Shown here: positions 43,801 through 57,599 of the stretch, piece after piece
Layout: each line of letters opens with the position of its first letter
Numbering within the stretch: position 1 is the stretch's first letter
Source: Cycas panzhihuaensis
Taxonomy: Eukaryota > Plantae > Cycadophyta
Direction: 5' to 3'
Assembly: GCA_023213395.1 (NCBI GenBank)
Contig: CM041465.1
Span: 76,577,741-76,641,740, forward strand
Length of the DNA: 64,000 bases
Made by a program: the position numbers and the translations under genes
Notes under the pieces: model-generated
The model's input: the letters and a program-made list of their open reading frames with translations, nothing else
Database searches by the model: none
Told to the model about the DNA's origin: nothing

Positions 43801-46800
43801 TAAAAAAGATTATATATATATATATATTCAAATATAAATTAAAGAAAATGCAAAGAGGCTCACTCTAATAAAAGAAATATTTGAAGTAACTACTGTAGAA
43901 GGAGATGCCTAAGAAAGCAAGCTCCAAGGAGAAAATGGGCAGGATTCTTCTAAAGAAGAGCAAGAACCTTTCAAAATAGAATACAACCCATAAGAAGAAA
44001 TAATTGGTAACAATTAAACCAAAAATTTACCAAAATTATATATAAATACAATTGAAAAATTAAAAGGTAATGCCTTTGAACATAGAACTTGATATTAGGA
44101 ACATCAATGTTTAATATGTATTATTGAACCACAAATTTATAGAAATCTAAAGACAAAAAAATTACTCATACAATATTATGCTTCAAAGGAGCTCTTCACT
44201 ATATCATAAGAGATGACTGACATCCATACTTATACATATTCATAAGCTATAAAGACTCAATATGGTAGAGGCACGTGACACCACATAATCCTACTACTAA
44301 GAGGTGAAAAACTGTTAAGAAAGAGGACAAGGCTACTGCACCTAGCTAATACTAAAGCTGAACATTGATATAAAATAATAATATAAAACATTAATTTCAA
44401 CACCCCCTCTTAATATTTTATCTTTGTATATAAATTCCTAAAATCTTTCTAAAGTATTAGAAATTTTCCTTGCATAAGGATTTAGTAAAAATATTAGTAA
44501 CTTATTCCTTACTACAACAATATTGCAAGTCTATTTCCCTGGCTTACACCTTTACTTAGACGAAGTGATGATAAAATTTTGTATGCTTTGTTTGAGCATG
44601 AAAAACTAGATTTTTAATCAATTTGAGAATACTTTGGTTTTCACAAGGAATTGTTACTGGCCTAATTTATTTTAGGTGGAGATCCTTAAGAAGTTATTTA
44701 AGCTAAACTACTTTGAATGTGGTACTTACTGCTATCTTGTATTCTACCTATGTAGATGATAGAGCAATGATTTGTCATTTCTTCTTGCTCCATGAAATTA
44801 TTGCAAATCTAAGATTAAGGCAACATGCTAAGGTTGATTTTCTTCCTTACTTTTCTCTAGCATAGTCTAAGTCATAGTATCTAGTAAGTATGGGATAGTT
44901 GCATCTTGGGTATTTTAGCCCAAAGTCAAATGTACCCTTGGTGTATCTTAGAATGCACTTAGTTGTATTCTAGTGTGAGGCTTTTGGATCACTCATGGAT
45001 CTTGAGATTAATCCGACTACAAATGAGATGTATGGTCTAGTAGTCATTAAGCAAATAAGGCTTCCTACTAGTTATTTGTAAAGAGTTTCATCTACTCTTT
45101 TACCTTCATCATTTGAATTAAGATCACATCCTAATTTCATGGGAGTGGAATAGGGGTTATAATATTCCATTTTAAACTTTGTGAGAAATTTTTTAATATA
45201 CTTTGGCTGAGAGATTAAAGTTCTATCTTTTTTGGTTTTGATTTCCATACCTAAGTAATAATTTAATAGCCCCATGTCAGACACTTTAAAATTTTCTTCT
45301 GTTTGTTGCTTTGTGTATTTGATAGTTCCACTATCATTACCATTGATTATCAGATCATCAATATATACCATAATTATAGTCATCATTCATCCTATTATAG
45401 TTTTTACATATAATCCTAGATCTAATTCATATTTATGGAATCCATATTCTCTAAGATGGGTATCTAGTTTGTTATACCATGCTCTTGGTTCTTGTTTCAA
45501 CCCACAAAGAGCCATTTTGAGTTTGCACACAAGATGTTCTTGCTCCTTTTAACCTAAAGGTTGTTCCATGTATATTTCTTTCATCAAGTCCCCATTCAGA
45601 AAGGCACTTTTAACATCTAGCTGAATGGTTTCACATTTAAATTAAGTTGCTAGAGCTATAACAATCCTTATGGTGATCATCTTTATAACTAGTGTAACTA
45701 TTTCTTCATAATTGATGCCTTCTGTTAGAGTGTAACCTCTTGCAACTAAGTGATCTTTGTATTTTTCAATGCTCCCATCTAGTTTTTCTTTGATTCTAAA
45801 TACCCATTTGCATCTAACTATGGGTTTTCATGGTGGTGAAGACACCAATTCCCATGTATTATTTTTCTCTACGGCATGTTCTTACTTGATTGTCTTTTTT
45901 ATTCTTAACTTCCATAAGCTTCCTTATAGTCTTTAGGGTCCACATTGTATATTAGATCTTGGTGCTCTCACAACCTAGTTTGCTGTTAAAAAATTTATCC
46001 TTTTGATCCTTCAAGAGTTTTCAGATACCATTTTGGCATCAATTTTTTAATATGAGTTTATGTGCCTTTGATTATTATCTCTTGGAGGAGATGCTTTAGT
46101 TGTTTTTGTTGCTGGTTATTGAGGAACTTCTTCTTAATTTGGACATTCTTCAAGAATAGGAATTTTCTTATTAGTTTTCTCATGATTTGTCTCTAAAATT
46201 AATTCATCGAAGGTTACATCCCTATTAAGATGTAATTTATTTGTTCTAGTATCAATGCGCTTGTAACCTTTTGACTTATTGTTGTATCCTACCATGATGC
46301 ATTTTTCATCCAACTTTACCCTTTTCTTAACTAGAATATAGACTTATATAATACACTAAAAAGCCTTTAGGTGGTTTATATCTAACTTCCTTCATGTCCA
46401 TGCTTCTTTAGGTGTGGCATTGTTTAATGCCCTAATGGGACTTTTATTAATGAGGTAAATAACAATGTTAACTGCTTTATCCTAATAGATGTTTGAAATC
46501 CCTCTTTCCTTTAGCATGCACTTAGCCATCTTAGATATTGACCTATTCATTCTTTCAACTACCCTATTGGAATAATGGATGTATGTTGTTGTGAGTTGTC
46601 TATGAATTCCATAGGCTCTGTAATATTTGTAGAAATTCTTGGAGGTGTATTCCCCTCCCTTATCAGCGTTCAAAATTTTTACCCTTTCTTCACTTTCTAC
46701 TTCTATATGTGCCTTGAATTCCTTGAAAATATCAAATGCTTCAGATTTCTTTTTAATGAAATATACCCATATTTTCCTATTGTAATCATCAATGACAATA

Positions 46801-49800
46801 AGAAAGTTCTTCGCACCATTTACTGAAATAGGAAAAATGGGTCCACATAGATCATTGTGAATCGACTCCAAATGTTTCTGGGCTCTCCAAGAAGATTCTC
46901 AGAATTTGGCTCTATGTAGCTTCTTTAATAGACATCCTTCACATACATTTACTTCTAATGAAATATTAGGCAAGCCAATTACCATATTAAAATTTTAAAG
47001 TGTTTCTAATCTATTGTTGGTGATATGCCCATACCGAGAATGCCATATCTTACTATTATTATCAAAAGTCTTAATAATATTTACAGCCAAAGGAACATGT
47101 TGGATCAGAGATTTGGTGTCTAACTTGTTATGTTCCACACCTTCAACACTTACATGATAATTATCCTTCTTGTTAAGAATGTAACATCTATCACCATAAA
47201 AAATTGCAAGTAATTTTTTCGTCTTTGTTAGTTATAATATTGATAAGAGATTCTTTTTTAAAGTCAAGAACCAACAGAACATCTCCAATAATCTTTTCTT
47301 TATTTTTTATCTTCATAACAATGGTGCCCTCACCTTCTATGTTGAGTGTCAAATCAACTCCTTGTTCAATAGTATCACTGAGAATATGTGGGTGTAAGGT
47401 CAAGAACTAGTCTTTTTTGGAGGTCATGTGTTGAGTAGCTCTCGAGTCAATGAACCACCCTTTACAAGATTTGATGATGGAGGCCAAGGAAATTATAAAT
47501 GAAAATTTTTCTTCTTCATCTTCTTTTAGGGTTTTCTTGTTATAGTTTCTAAAGGGTCATTTTTCTCAAGTAATATTACCCCTCTTATGATAATAATGTA
47601 TGTTAAGGTAACCAAGCCTTCCATAATAATAGCATGATCTGGAATCTTCAATTCTCCCTCTTACAGATCTTGCCCATACTCTAGACACGCTTCATGAAAA
47701 CCCTTTGCCTTTAATCCGTAGTTTAGATACAAAGGCTTCCTCTAGTTCTTCTTCTTCTTTATATCTTCTATTTCTTTATTCTTGCTAAAGAAGATGGCTG
47801 TATAATTTATCAAATGATATATTTATAGGGTCCTCACTTGCAGAGAGAGTGTTCACTAGAGTTTTGAAAGATCTTAGTGATTTGTGGAGGATGAGTTAGA
47901 TTAGATTCATCTCTAGCTTTAGTTCCCCTGTAGAACTAAGACTTTCCTTAAATTCTATAATTTTGGGTATGAAATTGTACACTTCTTATCCTTCCCTTAG
48001 ATGGACTCTATAGAGTTGTTCTCTTAAGGATATAATTCTAGTTTCATTCCTCGGATAAAAGAGTGATTCTAAGCTCCTCCAGGCTTGTGCAGTAGTAGAG
48101 GCTTTACTTATGTGTGTTAGTAATGAATTTACTATAGATAATGTGATGTATGTAAGAGCATAATGATCTCAGTCTTCTTATCTAGCTAGCTTAACTGGAT
48201 TAGCTTGACCATGATTAGCTTAAACTCTTGTAATGATATTCTAAATATTTTTTATTGATAGAATGTTCTTTATCTTGATTTTCCATGTAGAGTAATTTTC
48301 TTTAATCAACTTTTCAAAGTTAGTAAGTGAGTAGATGGAAGCCATTGGGGATTTGGAACCTGAAATAGATAAATAAAAAAGGAACACTCTATAGATACCA
48401 TACAAATTCATATGGCTTGATGGTTATGTGAAAAACCAAGTACAATAAAAAAATACAAAAAAATAATCAAGAGAAAGCTTTTTCAGTCACCTATCTAGAT
48501 CTAAAGTCAGTTTTTTGATCTAAGATTTGAGATGAAAGAAAATTTATTTAGAAGATTATGGGGAAACTAGGGTTTTAGAGAGAAAAACACTAATGTTTTT
48601 CATAATCTCAAATGAAACTCACCAAATCTATACTTGAAATAAAGCTCTCTTCAAGGAGATGAGATTGCTCGCAGTATTTTAGAGAATGAGACATTAGATG
48701 AAGAGAAATGAACATAAGAAGATATACACCCATAGTTTTCTATTTATTGGTTTTCTTAGTGATGGAGCTCTAATTTGGAGTCAATCCAGAAGAATAAAAT
48801 GCTCCTCTTGATGGGGTGAATAAACTAAGAATGTTTCATTTAAATCTAAGTACCTTTAAAAAATTTCATCTATATGGTTTTGTATACTCTTGTATGGCTT
48901 TTATAAGTCACCAAACGTCTTCACCTTACACTAACTGAAGCCTCCATAAGTGGTCCCTTTAGGTTTAGTCTATGTAGTACCACAAAGCTTTCAAAGCTTG
49001 GTCTCTTCTGGGTTGCTCTGATACCATGTAGAAACCTGAAGATAAAAAAGTTACTTAGACAATATTATGCTTTAGAGGAGTTCTTCACTATATTATAAGG
49101 GATGAATTACATCCATAGTTATACACATTCATAAGCTATAGAGACTCAATAAGGTAGAGCCATATGACACCACACAATCCTACTACTAAGAGGTGTATAA
49201 CTTTTAAGAAAGAGGACAAAGTTAGTATGCCTAGTTAATACTAACACTTAATACTTACATAAAATTATAACATAAAATATTAACTTTGACAACTATGCAA
49301 AGGCATGTATTTATTTAGAGTGGTCAAAAGCAATGGATGTAGAGATCAATGCTATAAACAAAAATAGAATCTAAGAATTAGTTATTGCACCTAATGATAA
49401 ACCCATTATTGGATGTAAATGGGTATACAAAGTTAAAGAAAAATCTGATGGCACTATTGAAAAACACAAGGTCATGCTTGTAGAGAAAAGGTACACTCAG
49501 ATTGTAGGAATAGACTATGAAGAAACCTTCTCTCTAGTAGTAAAATTAATAATTATAAGAATAATGATTACCATGGTAGCATAATTTGGATGAAACATCA
49601 TACAACTTGATGTAAAAACTTCCTTTCTAAATAGTAACCTAAATGAAGAAGTGTATATGGAATAACCCTCTAGATACATAGAAAGGTAAAGAACATCTTG
49701 TCTATAGACTTAAAAAGGCTTTGTATTAATTAAAATAGGTATCTAGGGCCTAGTATACAAAGTTGGATCAACATCTCAAACAAGAATACTTTAGTTGATA

Positions 49801-51031
49801 TGAATTTGATCCTAATCTCTATGTTAAAACAAACAAAAGTGGTCTAATCACCATTATAGTATTCTATATAAATGATATGATAGTTTCTGGAAATGATAAT
49901 AGCACAATATACTAAGTAAAAACTTAAATGGAAATTGTGTTTGAAATGATAGACATGCGATTACTTCATTACTATCTTGGTATTGAAATAGATCAAAGAG
50001 AAGATTCTATATTTGTGTCATAAACAAAATATACAAAGAATCTTCTTAAAAAATTCAAAATGAAAGATTGCAACACCTATATAACTCCAATGGAATGAGG
50101 GTATATATTGACTACTGACAAAGGAGAATAAAAGGTGGATGAAACCTTGTATAGACAACTGTTATATAGACTTATTTATCTTATAGCCACTAGGCCTAAC
50201 ATTTTATACTCAATTGGAATAATCTCTAGGTATATACATTCTCTAAAAATTTCTCATTAGAATGCTATTAAAAAAGTTTTGAGTTATATTAACGAAACAT
50301 CAAAACTTGGGCATTGCTACATGAAAGTACTAAACTTTAAGTTAACATGTTATAGTGATTCAAATTGGGCTAAAGATTGACTAAAGATAAAGTCCACATC
50401 TAGATACCATTTTACTCTTGGGTCTATTATTACATCATGGAGTAATAAAATTAATCCATTGTAGCTTTATCATTGACATAAGCAGAATACAAGGCAGTTG
50501 CATGTGTCACATGTAGACTAGTGTGGATAAGATAATTTCTTAAAGATTTAAAATAAGAACAAAATCAAACTACCTGCATCTTTTGTGATAACCAAAGCAT
50601 TATAAAATTGACTAAGAGTTATGTAATTCATTCCACAATAAAACACACTGAAGTACATAATCATTTTATCAAAGAAAAAGTACAAGAAAAATAGATAGAT
50701 CTATAGTACTATATTAGCAGAGAATAACTTGCAGACATATTCACAAAGCCTCTTTCAAAGGATAAGTTCTAATATTTCAAAAAGATGACTGGTACCAAAA
50801 ATAAAAGAGAAAACATTAAGAGAAGGTGTTAGAGTAGTAATATTTTATCTTTTATTATCTAATATTAAATTTAGGGTTATGTGTCCAACCTCTCTTTCAT
50901 TCTGTCTTGACACTTGTCCTCCATGTGTAAACTCATTTATATATATTATATGTATTTATATGGGGGTATTTATTTCTTATTAATACAATGGGATTAAAGT
51001 AACTTATTCTTTTATTCTTATAATTCTAACA
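40857..51031 (+). mobile_element. Ty1/Copia A, inserted near the start of the downstream Tat repeat
   Basis: 205-bp LTRs 40857-41061 and 50827-51031, degenerate PBS tggtactagag, TSD GATGC/AATGT (empty site GATGT at 29249-29253). Gag from 41719, integrase ~43090-43800, RT/RNase H ~49292-50800. Confidence 0.9.
44138..49291 (-). mobile_element. Ty1/Copia B, full length but degenerate, nested in Copia A at the start of its RT region
   Basis: 265-bp LTRs 44138-44402 and 49027-49291, intact PBS gctctgatacca 49015-49026, PPT at 44403, gag from 48345, ORFs 46482-46871 (integrase) and 45072-45386 (VYIDD). TSD not clearly preserved. Confidence 0.93.
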
Positions 51032-53599
51032 AATGTAAATGTAGCATATATATGTAATCGTAGCTGATGTATATAGTTAGAAAAATGTGTCAAGTGGGGA
51101 CATTATTTATAGAGTTTAGTCTAAAGAATGATACATCAGATTGGTGATTTTATAATGAAAAATATCTAACCTTGAGAAGTTTGTGCCTTAGATGGAGCTA
51201 AGTTATTCATATATTTAATGTCTTGCCATTTCACAAGTCAATCTAGTAATACAAGTGTTGGCTTGTCCATCTCCAAAATTGTAAGGTGTTATAAAGGGTT
51301 AAGTATTATGTGTTCCACATTTGTGCAAGTGTGAAGATAGGTCTATACACTCATGCATTCAATTGTAAGATTATCAAAAAGTATTATAAAGATAATGAAA
51401 TAAAGAGCCACTCAACTCCATGGCCATGAAATATGATGGATTATTATAAAGGCTAGTTTTCATTCATTTTCACAAAATTTATGGTGAACAAACAAACATA
51501 GGTGTTAAACTCTAAACACGTAAATACAAAGGGTTTGTCTTGTTTTCTCCTACATGTTTATAAATGAAAGAAATAAAATGCTTATTTCACTTAATGGTTT
51601 ATGGATTTGTGAAATTTATTACATGATGTGTAGAGAAGAGGTTAGAAAGCATTTATGAATCTAGACATATAGGTGTTGATTAAACATCACATCTTATTGG
51701 CCTCTAAACATATTTTCTTTAATGGGACATGCATTTTATTGGGTATTCTCCAACATTTTATTATGGCAAGTTGGATTTTGATCTATATTCTATTTCCAAG
51801 GATGTGAACTATGTAATTAACCATGTTCACCATGATGAGCTTGTTTGTAGAAGGAATCTTCCTAGGTCATAAGAACATTTAGTAAAAAATAATTTTGACA
51901 ACAAAAGTGGTTCCTGGCAAGACCCTTTTGAAGTGATGATAGATCCTACTAATAAGTCAGCCTTTTGCATTTTAGATGTCCCTCTTAAGTGTTATGATAC
52001 AAAGAAGGATACATGGGACTTTTTTGAAGTGGATGCATTGTATCCTTAGATATTTATTATCATTAATACTTGAAGCCTTTTTTCAAGTAACTAAATAGAA
52101 AGGACTTGAAATTTTGATGGTTCAAAAATGTATAAATCAAGAGATTTGAGGATGTAAACTCTTTGCTGATTGTATATTTTGTAGGGCCCATTATAAGGTG
52201 TTTTAAATAGTGTATCTCCTTGCATTTTCACAATGCTCCATTTGGCATGGGAACACTTGACTCCATGTCTTCAAAATATGAAGAAAGTATCAAAGACTTC
52301 AAAGAAAGGTCATTTTAAAGCCATTTATAGACATTTTCACAAATAGTTTTCAACATCAAGTAATAATGAATGACCTAAGAGCTTAAAGATGCAAAACTTT
52401 AGAGCAAATTCCACCATCTAATCAAATTAAAACAATTGGATTCACAGTGAGTGGGGTTTATATAACTTTCATTTAAAATTTTTTATATGATTCAATTAAA
52501 CATTATGTTGATGTAACTATACCCTAGAAAAGATAATGTGATATTTACACAAGTGTTGCCCAAATTAGAAAGAACAATAATAAATGACAAATTTTAAGTC
52601 CTAAAAGATAGAAAAAATAGAACTAAACAGACGTAGTAGATATTAGGGCATTGTATCAAAAAAATGAACTAAACTCATCATTCTTAAGTCAAAGTAGATG
52701 TGGTAGTAAACAAACAACAACATGGGTATTTTATATTTTGTAGTTACTAGATTTACAAAAATATCATTTTAAATATCTCAATTATTACAAATTCCAAATT
52801 GGATAAAAGATGGTAGAATGAAAGAGTAGGGATTTTGAGGTTGAACACTTGGTCTACTCGGTTTATAATTGAGGCTCCAACATTCTTCTCAACCCTATTA
52901 GATTTAGAGATTTTCCTCTGTAAATGTATCTCATCATTCTCTTCCAATTTTTTTTTTCTTTGGTTTGAAACTATCATACATCATATTATCTCCCAAGATA
53001 GACTTATATAATAAATCAAGGGAAAACAAGGTTTTGCACAAATTATTATTTACATATTGAATAGGGTATGATATGTTTTTATAGTAAAATTCCATTTTCT
53101 TAATAAATTAAAAGATTTACATTTGGTCTATTTGGTGTTTTATTATTCACACTTGTCAGGAAATTTATTTTGGTGATTTAGAGGATTTAATTTAGTCTAG
53201 CCAATGTTAATTTCCTTATATTGTCAAGAATTTAATGTTGTAGTTTGACTAAACCAACTTAGCTCTAATGGTATTCATTGATTGCAACAACGCATTAATC
53301 TTGAGAGGCCTGAAATGATGGTGGTTTGAAATATTTTGTTTTGTTCCTTTCTCTCTTTTGTATTTATTATGTTTCTAGCCTTCCAAGTAAATTACAAAAA
53401 TGTCCACAAATGAGCTTTATAACTAACCATTTTTCCTTATAAATAATACATATTAGCTTATTCATTCATTTTATAAGTTAGTGAGCATATTAGAGTGCTA
53501 AATATTTGGTAGTTGATCTTTAGCTCTTGTGTTAAATCAATGAACACCTTGTAGACCATATTATAATCAAATATTTTTTGGGGGTGGAAAAGGTCAATA

Positions 53600-55560
53600 G
53601 GCACTACTTGTCCCTTCTCACCCCACTCATTATTATTTGTAAAAAAAGATTGTTTCATTGGTTGGATCTTATTGAATAGGCTTTTTCATGACTAAAAATA
53701 ATCATCACTTATCTCCTGTATTGGCAATGACTAATTTTTCCAAACCATTCAAACTATATTGTGATGCATCTAGATCTAGGATTAGTGTTGTTCTCATATA
53801 AGACAAATGGCTCATGGTATTTGAAAGAAAAAAAATCAATCTTCGAGATCAGACCTACTCAACTTGCAATAAAGATATGTTAGCCATTCTCTATGCCGTG
53901 GTAACATAGCACTAATATCTCTTTAATAGCAAATTTACAATGCGTATCAACTACCACAATCTCAAATATCTCCTTCAACAACCTACTTTATTTGAAATAC
54001 AACAAAAATGGCTTACAAAAATTCAAGATTTTGATTTTGATATTGTATATAAGAGGGGCAAAGACAGCACTGTGGCTGATAACTTATTTAGAAAATATGA
54101 ATAGGAATCATGTAATGTTATTTCCACAACATTATTTGTATGGATTGACTAACTCCATTTTGAATATGATTGTGACTTGGTAACCAAAGACAAGTTACAA
54201 GATTGCTACCAAGGCAAACTTCTGTCACAATAGCCACTACATGGACATACATTGCTATATAAAGATCAAATCTACTCACTTAAATCTTTGGCACTAAAAA
54301 AGACCGTACTTAAGGAAGGACATGTTTCCCCATCTTTTGGACATTTTGGTTTTAACAAAACATGTGATTACATAAGAATACCATTTTGTAGGCTAGGGCA
54401 AAAATGTAATATATAAAACTTCATTGCTTCTTGTGATATTTACTAATGACTAAAGGTGAAAACAATAAAAACTCTTAGTCTATTTCAACCACTAGTAATT
54501 TTGAATCATAAATGGATAGATATCAGTATTGATTTTATTATAGGGCTATTAAAATCTCAAGTAAAGATATTATTTTGGTCATATTTTATCGCCTAATAAA
54601 ATATGCATATTTCATTACACTATAAAGCACAATAAATACACCTTAAGTTGCCAACTTATTCATGAAGTCAATCCATCATTTCTATGGGTTCCCTTAAACA
54701 ATTGTCAATGATTGAGATCCATAGTTTATAAGTAAATTTTGGTCTAAATTGTTTCAACTGGTAGTCACCCAATCACATATGAGCATAACTACCACCTAGA
54801 AACAAATGGCCAAACCAAGACCATTAACAAATATTTTGAGAGATATTTATGTTGCTTGATAGGATATAAGAAATATTCATAGGTGTGCTGGGTACACCTG
54901 GTTGAGTATTGGTATAATACTTCTTACCATTCAATAATCACGATGTCCCCCTTTTGGGCACTTTATAATTACCCACTACCAGATATTAATTCCTCCTTCC
55001 AAAAAATATCCAAGACACTAATAGTTGGATAAATCCAACAACAAACTTTATATCTTCTATAGGGTCTCAAAGATAATCTCCAATTAGCTCAAAATCATAT
55101 GAAACAAAAAACTAACAACCATTACTCTGAAAGAGAATTCAATCTTGGTAATTTGATCTTTGTTTAGTTACAACCTTATAAACAATCATCACTTAAGTCC
55201 TTTATGAAACAAAAGATTACTCCTTAGTTCTATTAATCATTCCAAATTTTGTAATGAGTTGGTTCTATCATCTATGCTTTGGATATGTTAGGTGCCTGAA
55301 TTCATAATGTCTTTTATATTTCCACCCTCAAGCCTAATATTGGCTCCCAAGTTGTGGCACAAATAGAATTAACTGTACTCGAAGAAGTCTAGTTTGTTTT
55401 AAATCAAAAAAGGATTCTTAACACTCATAGTAAACATTTGTGAAGGAGGAGAATTAATAAGTATCTAATCAAATGGAAATTACTTACACTCAAAGACAAT
55501 ATTTAGGAAGATGAAGACAACCTTTATAAGTTTTCTTACCTTTCCATGCTTGGAGGGTAA
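53600..55560 (+). pseudogene. Chromovirus RNase H, integrase and chromodomain, disrupted
   Basis: LYCDAS, QQKWLTKIQDFDFDIVYKRG, WIDISIDFI, EYWYNTSYH, IHNVFYIS, YLIKWK. Confidence 0.9.
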
Positions 55561-56970
55561 AGCATCTCAAAGAGGTGGGGAGGAGGGGGGGACTTGTTGC
55601 ACCACTTGTAACTCCATTAATTAACTATAATATTTAGCCGTTAACTAAAATTAAGAACTGGTTATGTATTTGAATAATTGGCAAAAATATCAAAGGGTAG
55701 GAAATATTTTAATGATTGCATACCTACTTGTATAAGTTCTCTCCCCTTTTATAATCAAACATGATATGTTTTGACAATAAGTTGAATCACCTCAATGAAA
55801 GATTTGTTCAATGATTTTCTTCTAATATTTATGATCTTTTACTACTTGTTGAATATATATTTTTCACACTTAAAAACTTGCTAATTTGAAGCCATGTTTG
55901 AAGGAGGTGGTAACACAAGGTCTACTATAATTTCATATTTTTTCTATTAGTATTGATGTCTCCCCATTGACCATGACATTATTTAGGTGTTGTAGTAGAG
56001 AGCTAAAGCTCTTAATCTAATCAAAATGATTACAAGTAACCTCATGGGCTATCAAGATTTGCTAATGGAACCTTGTGGCATCCCTCAAGTATCAATGATG
56101 ATTTTCTCTATTGAAATTAGTTATTTTCATGTTTAAGAAGCTTAAGACTCTTTTTATGTGAAATTTGAGCACTTGTTAGCTTATATTTTTTCTTTATATC
56201 TTTTTCAGTCTTCAAATTCCCTCAAGGAGGTCAAATTATCATCACTACTGGCAATACAAATCATACATAGTTCATATAATATTTTTGATTTTATTTATTA
56301 TTTTACAAAGGTTAAGCTTAATTAAACTAAATTAAATAATCCTTTGAGATCTACTATGAAGCCCCTAATCACTAAATAGGTAATTATATGAGCAAAATTC
56401 ATGTGACTAACCTCTAAATAAAAAATGAAGTAAACTAATTTTTTAGTTTTAATTCAATTGTACATGGCATACTATCATATTTTTCATTATAACTTTCACT
56501 TATATAATTCAAATTCAAAATTGCTTGAACCATTGGAAAGATGATTTCCATACCTTCAAAAGGATTGGTTCTATAAACCCCTTCTAATTTATTTTTATGC
56601 AAATTTCAATCATTAAAGATGATGAAGTGGAAAATTAATAGTTTTGCAAGTCCATTTTTAGAAACATTTAAAGCATATTTTCACTTGATTTTATGATTTG
56701 AGGGTTCCAAATGTTGAGATGTAATGTTTTATCTAAGTAAGAAAGGGGGTCATGTAAGGACCATCCTCAATGTAGTCTAATGTAAGATTGTGCCACTTGG
56801 CACTCTCAGACTGATCAATTACATTAGAGGTTGTAACCATCACATTATTGATGTATATTTAAGGAGATTAAATCTTAATAAAAACATATACTCTTCTCTT
56901 CTCTATTTAAATTATGATTAGTCTTTGCTCTATTTTTCATCACCAAAACACTATTAGATGTTGAATAATG

Positions 56971-56971
<1 letters not shown>

Positions 56972-57013
<42 letters not shown>
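56972..57013. repeat. (TA)~21 microsatellite
   Basis: Direct reading. Confidence 0.97.
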
Positions 57014-57017
<4 letters not shown>

Positions 57018-57599
57018 GAAATAAAAAATAACTCATTTTAAGTGCATGAGAACCTAGTTTGGTAGTGAAAAATACAAAATGAATGGAATAAAGAGTACGA
57101 TGACTATTAGATTTTTATTTGATGGTTTTGTTTTAAACTAAAGAAGCCCTTATTGATTGTTAATAAGCTTATTGATGTATTGATGGCTAGATGTAGCAAT
57201 AAAGGTGTTAGGCTTATTATCATGTAGTATAAGAGGTAAGACTAGCTTCAGAGCTACTTTTCCTATAATATACTTATTTGGCCAAGTAATTCAACTTGTT
57301 TTTAAAGTATGTTATTTTTAATAGAGCTAATGAACCACACATTTGAAATTCATCCCAAATAAGTAGTAGTTGTAGTAATTGGCTATCCATGTAATTTGGT
57401 AGATAGTTGTAGTTTTATATGGACATCAACAAAGTAATGTTATGCTTATTTTTGTTATAGGTATTCTAGGTGGAAACATTTACTTTCAAGGAAATGAATT
57501 ATTTTCAAGTTTTAAGTGGTGAAGTTCACTTGCAAAGACAAAATTGATTATCATTCTGCTAAAATTTGGAGATATAATTTAAAGATATTGTAATGTTTT

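Larger units (their letters stand above)
29229..53599 (+). mobile_element. Tat-clade Ty3/Gypsy with additional archaeal-type RNase H between protease and RT and ~2.6-kb terminal direct repeats
   Basis: Repeats ~29229-34922 (minus insert) and ~40830-53599 (minus insert); tRNA-Arg-type PBS tggtgaccatactgggga (34927-34944). Host frame rejoins YIQH|YLSLLTPL across a decayed candidate TSD AACAT/GGCAC. Confidence 0.85.
17132..55929 (+). mobile_element. Chromovirus Ty3/Gypsy (Reina-like size, ~5.8 kb once nested insertions are removed)
   Basis: 335-bp LTRs 17132-17466 and 55595-55929, TSD ATTTG/ATTTC, PBS tggtatcaaa at 17469, PPT gaggtggggaggaggggggg, chromodomain remnant YLIKWKLLTLKDNI*EDE ~55410-55520. 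Confidence 0.9.

Noticed and set aside
56740-56942. PPT-like aagaaagggggtca followed by TGTAAGG...CA as a short LTR
   Set aside because: No partner LTR or TSD in the window. 15899-17131 and 55935-57599 look like TE remnants but could not be assigned.
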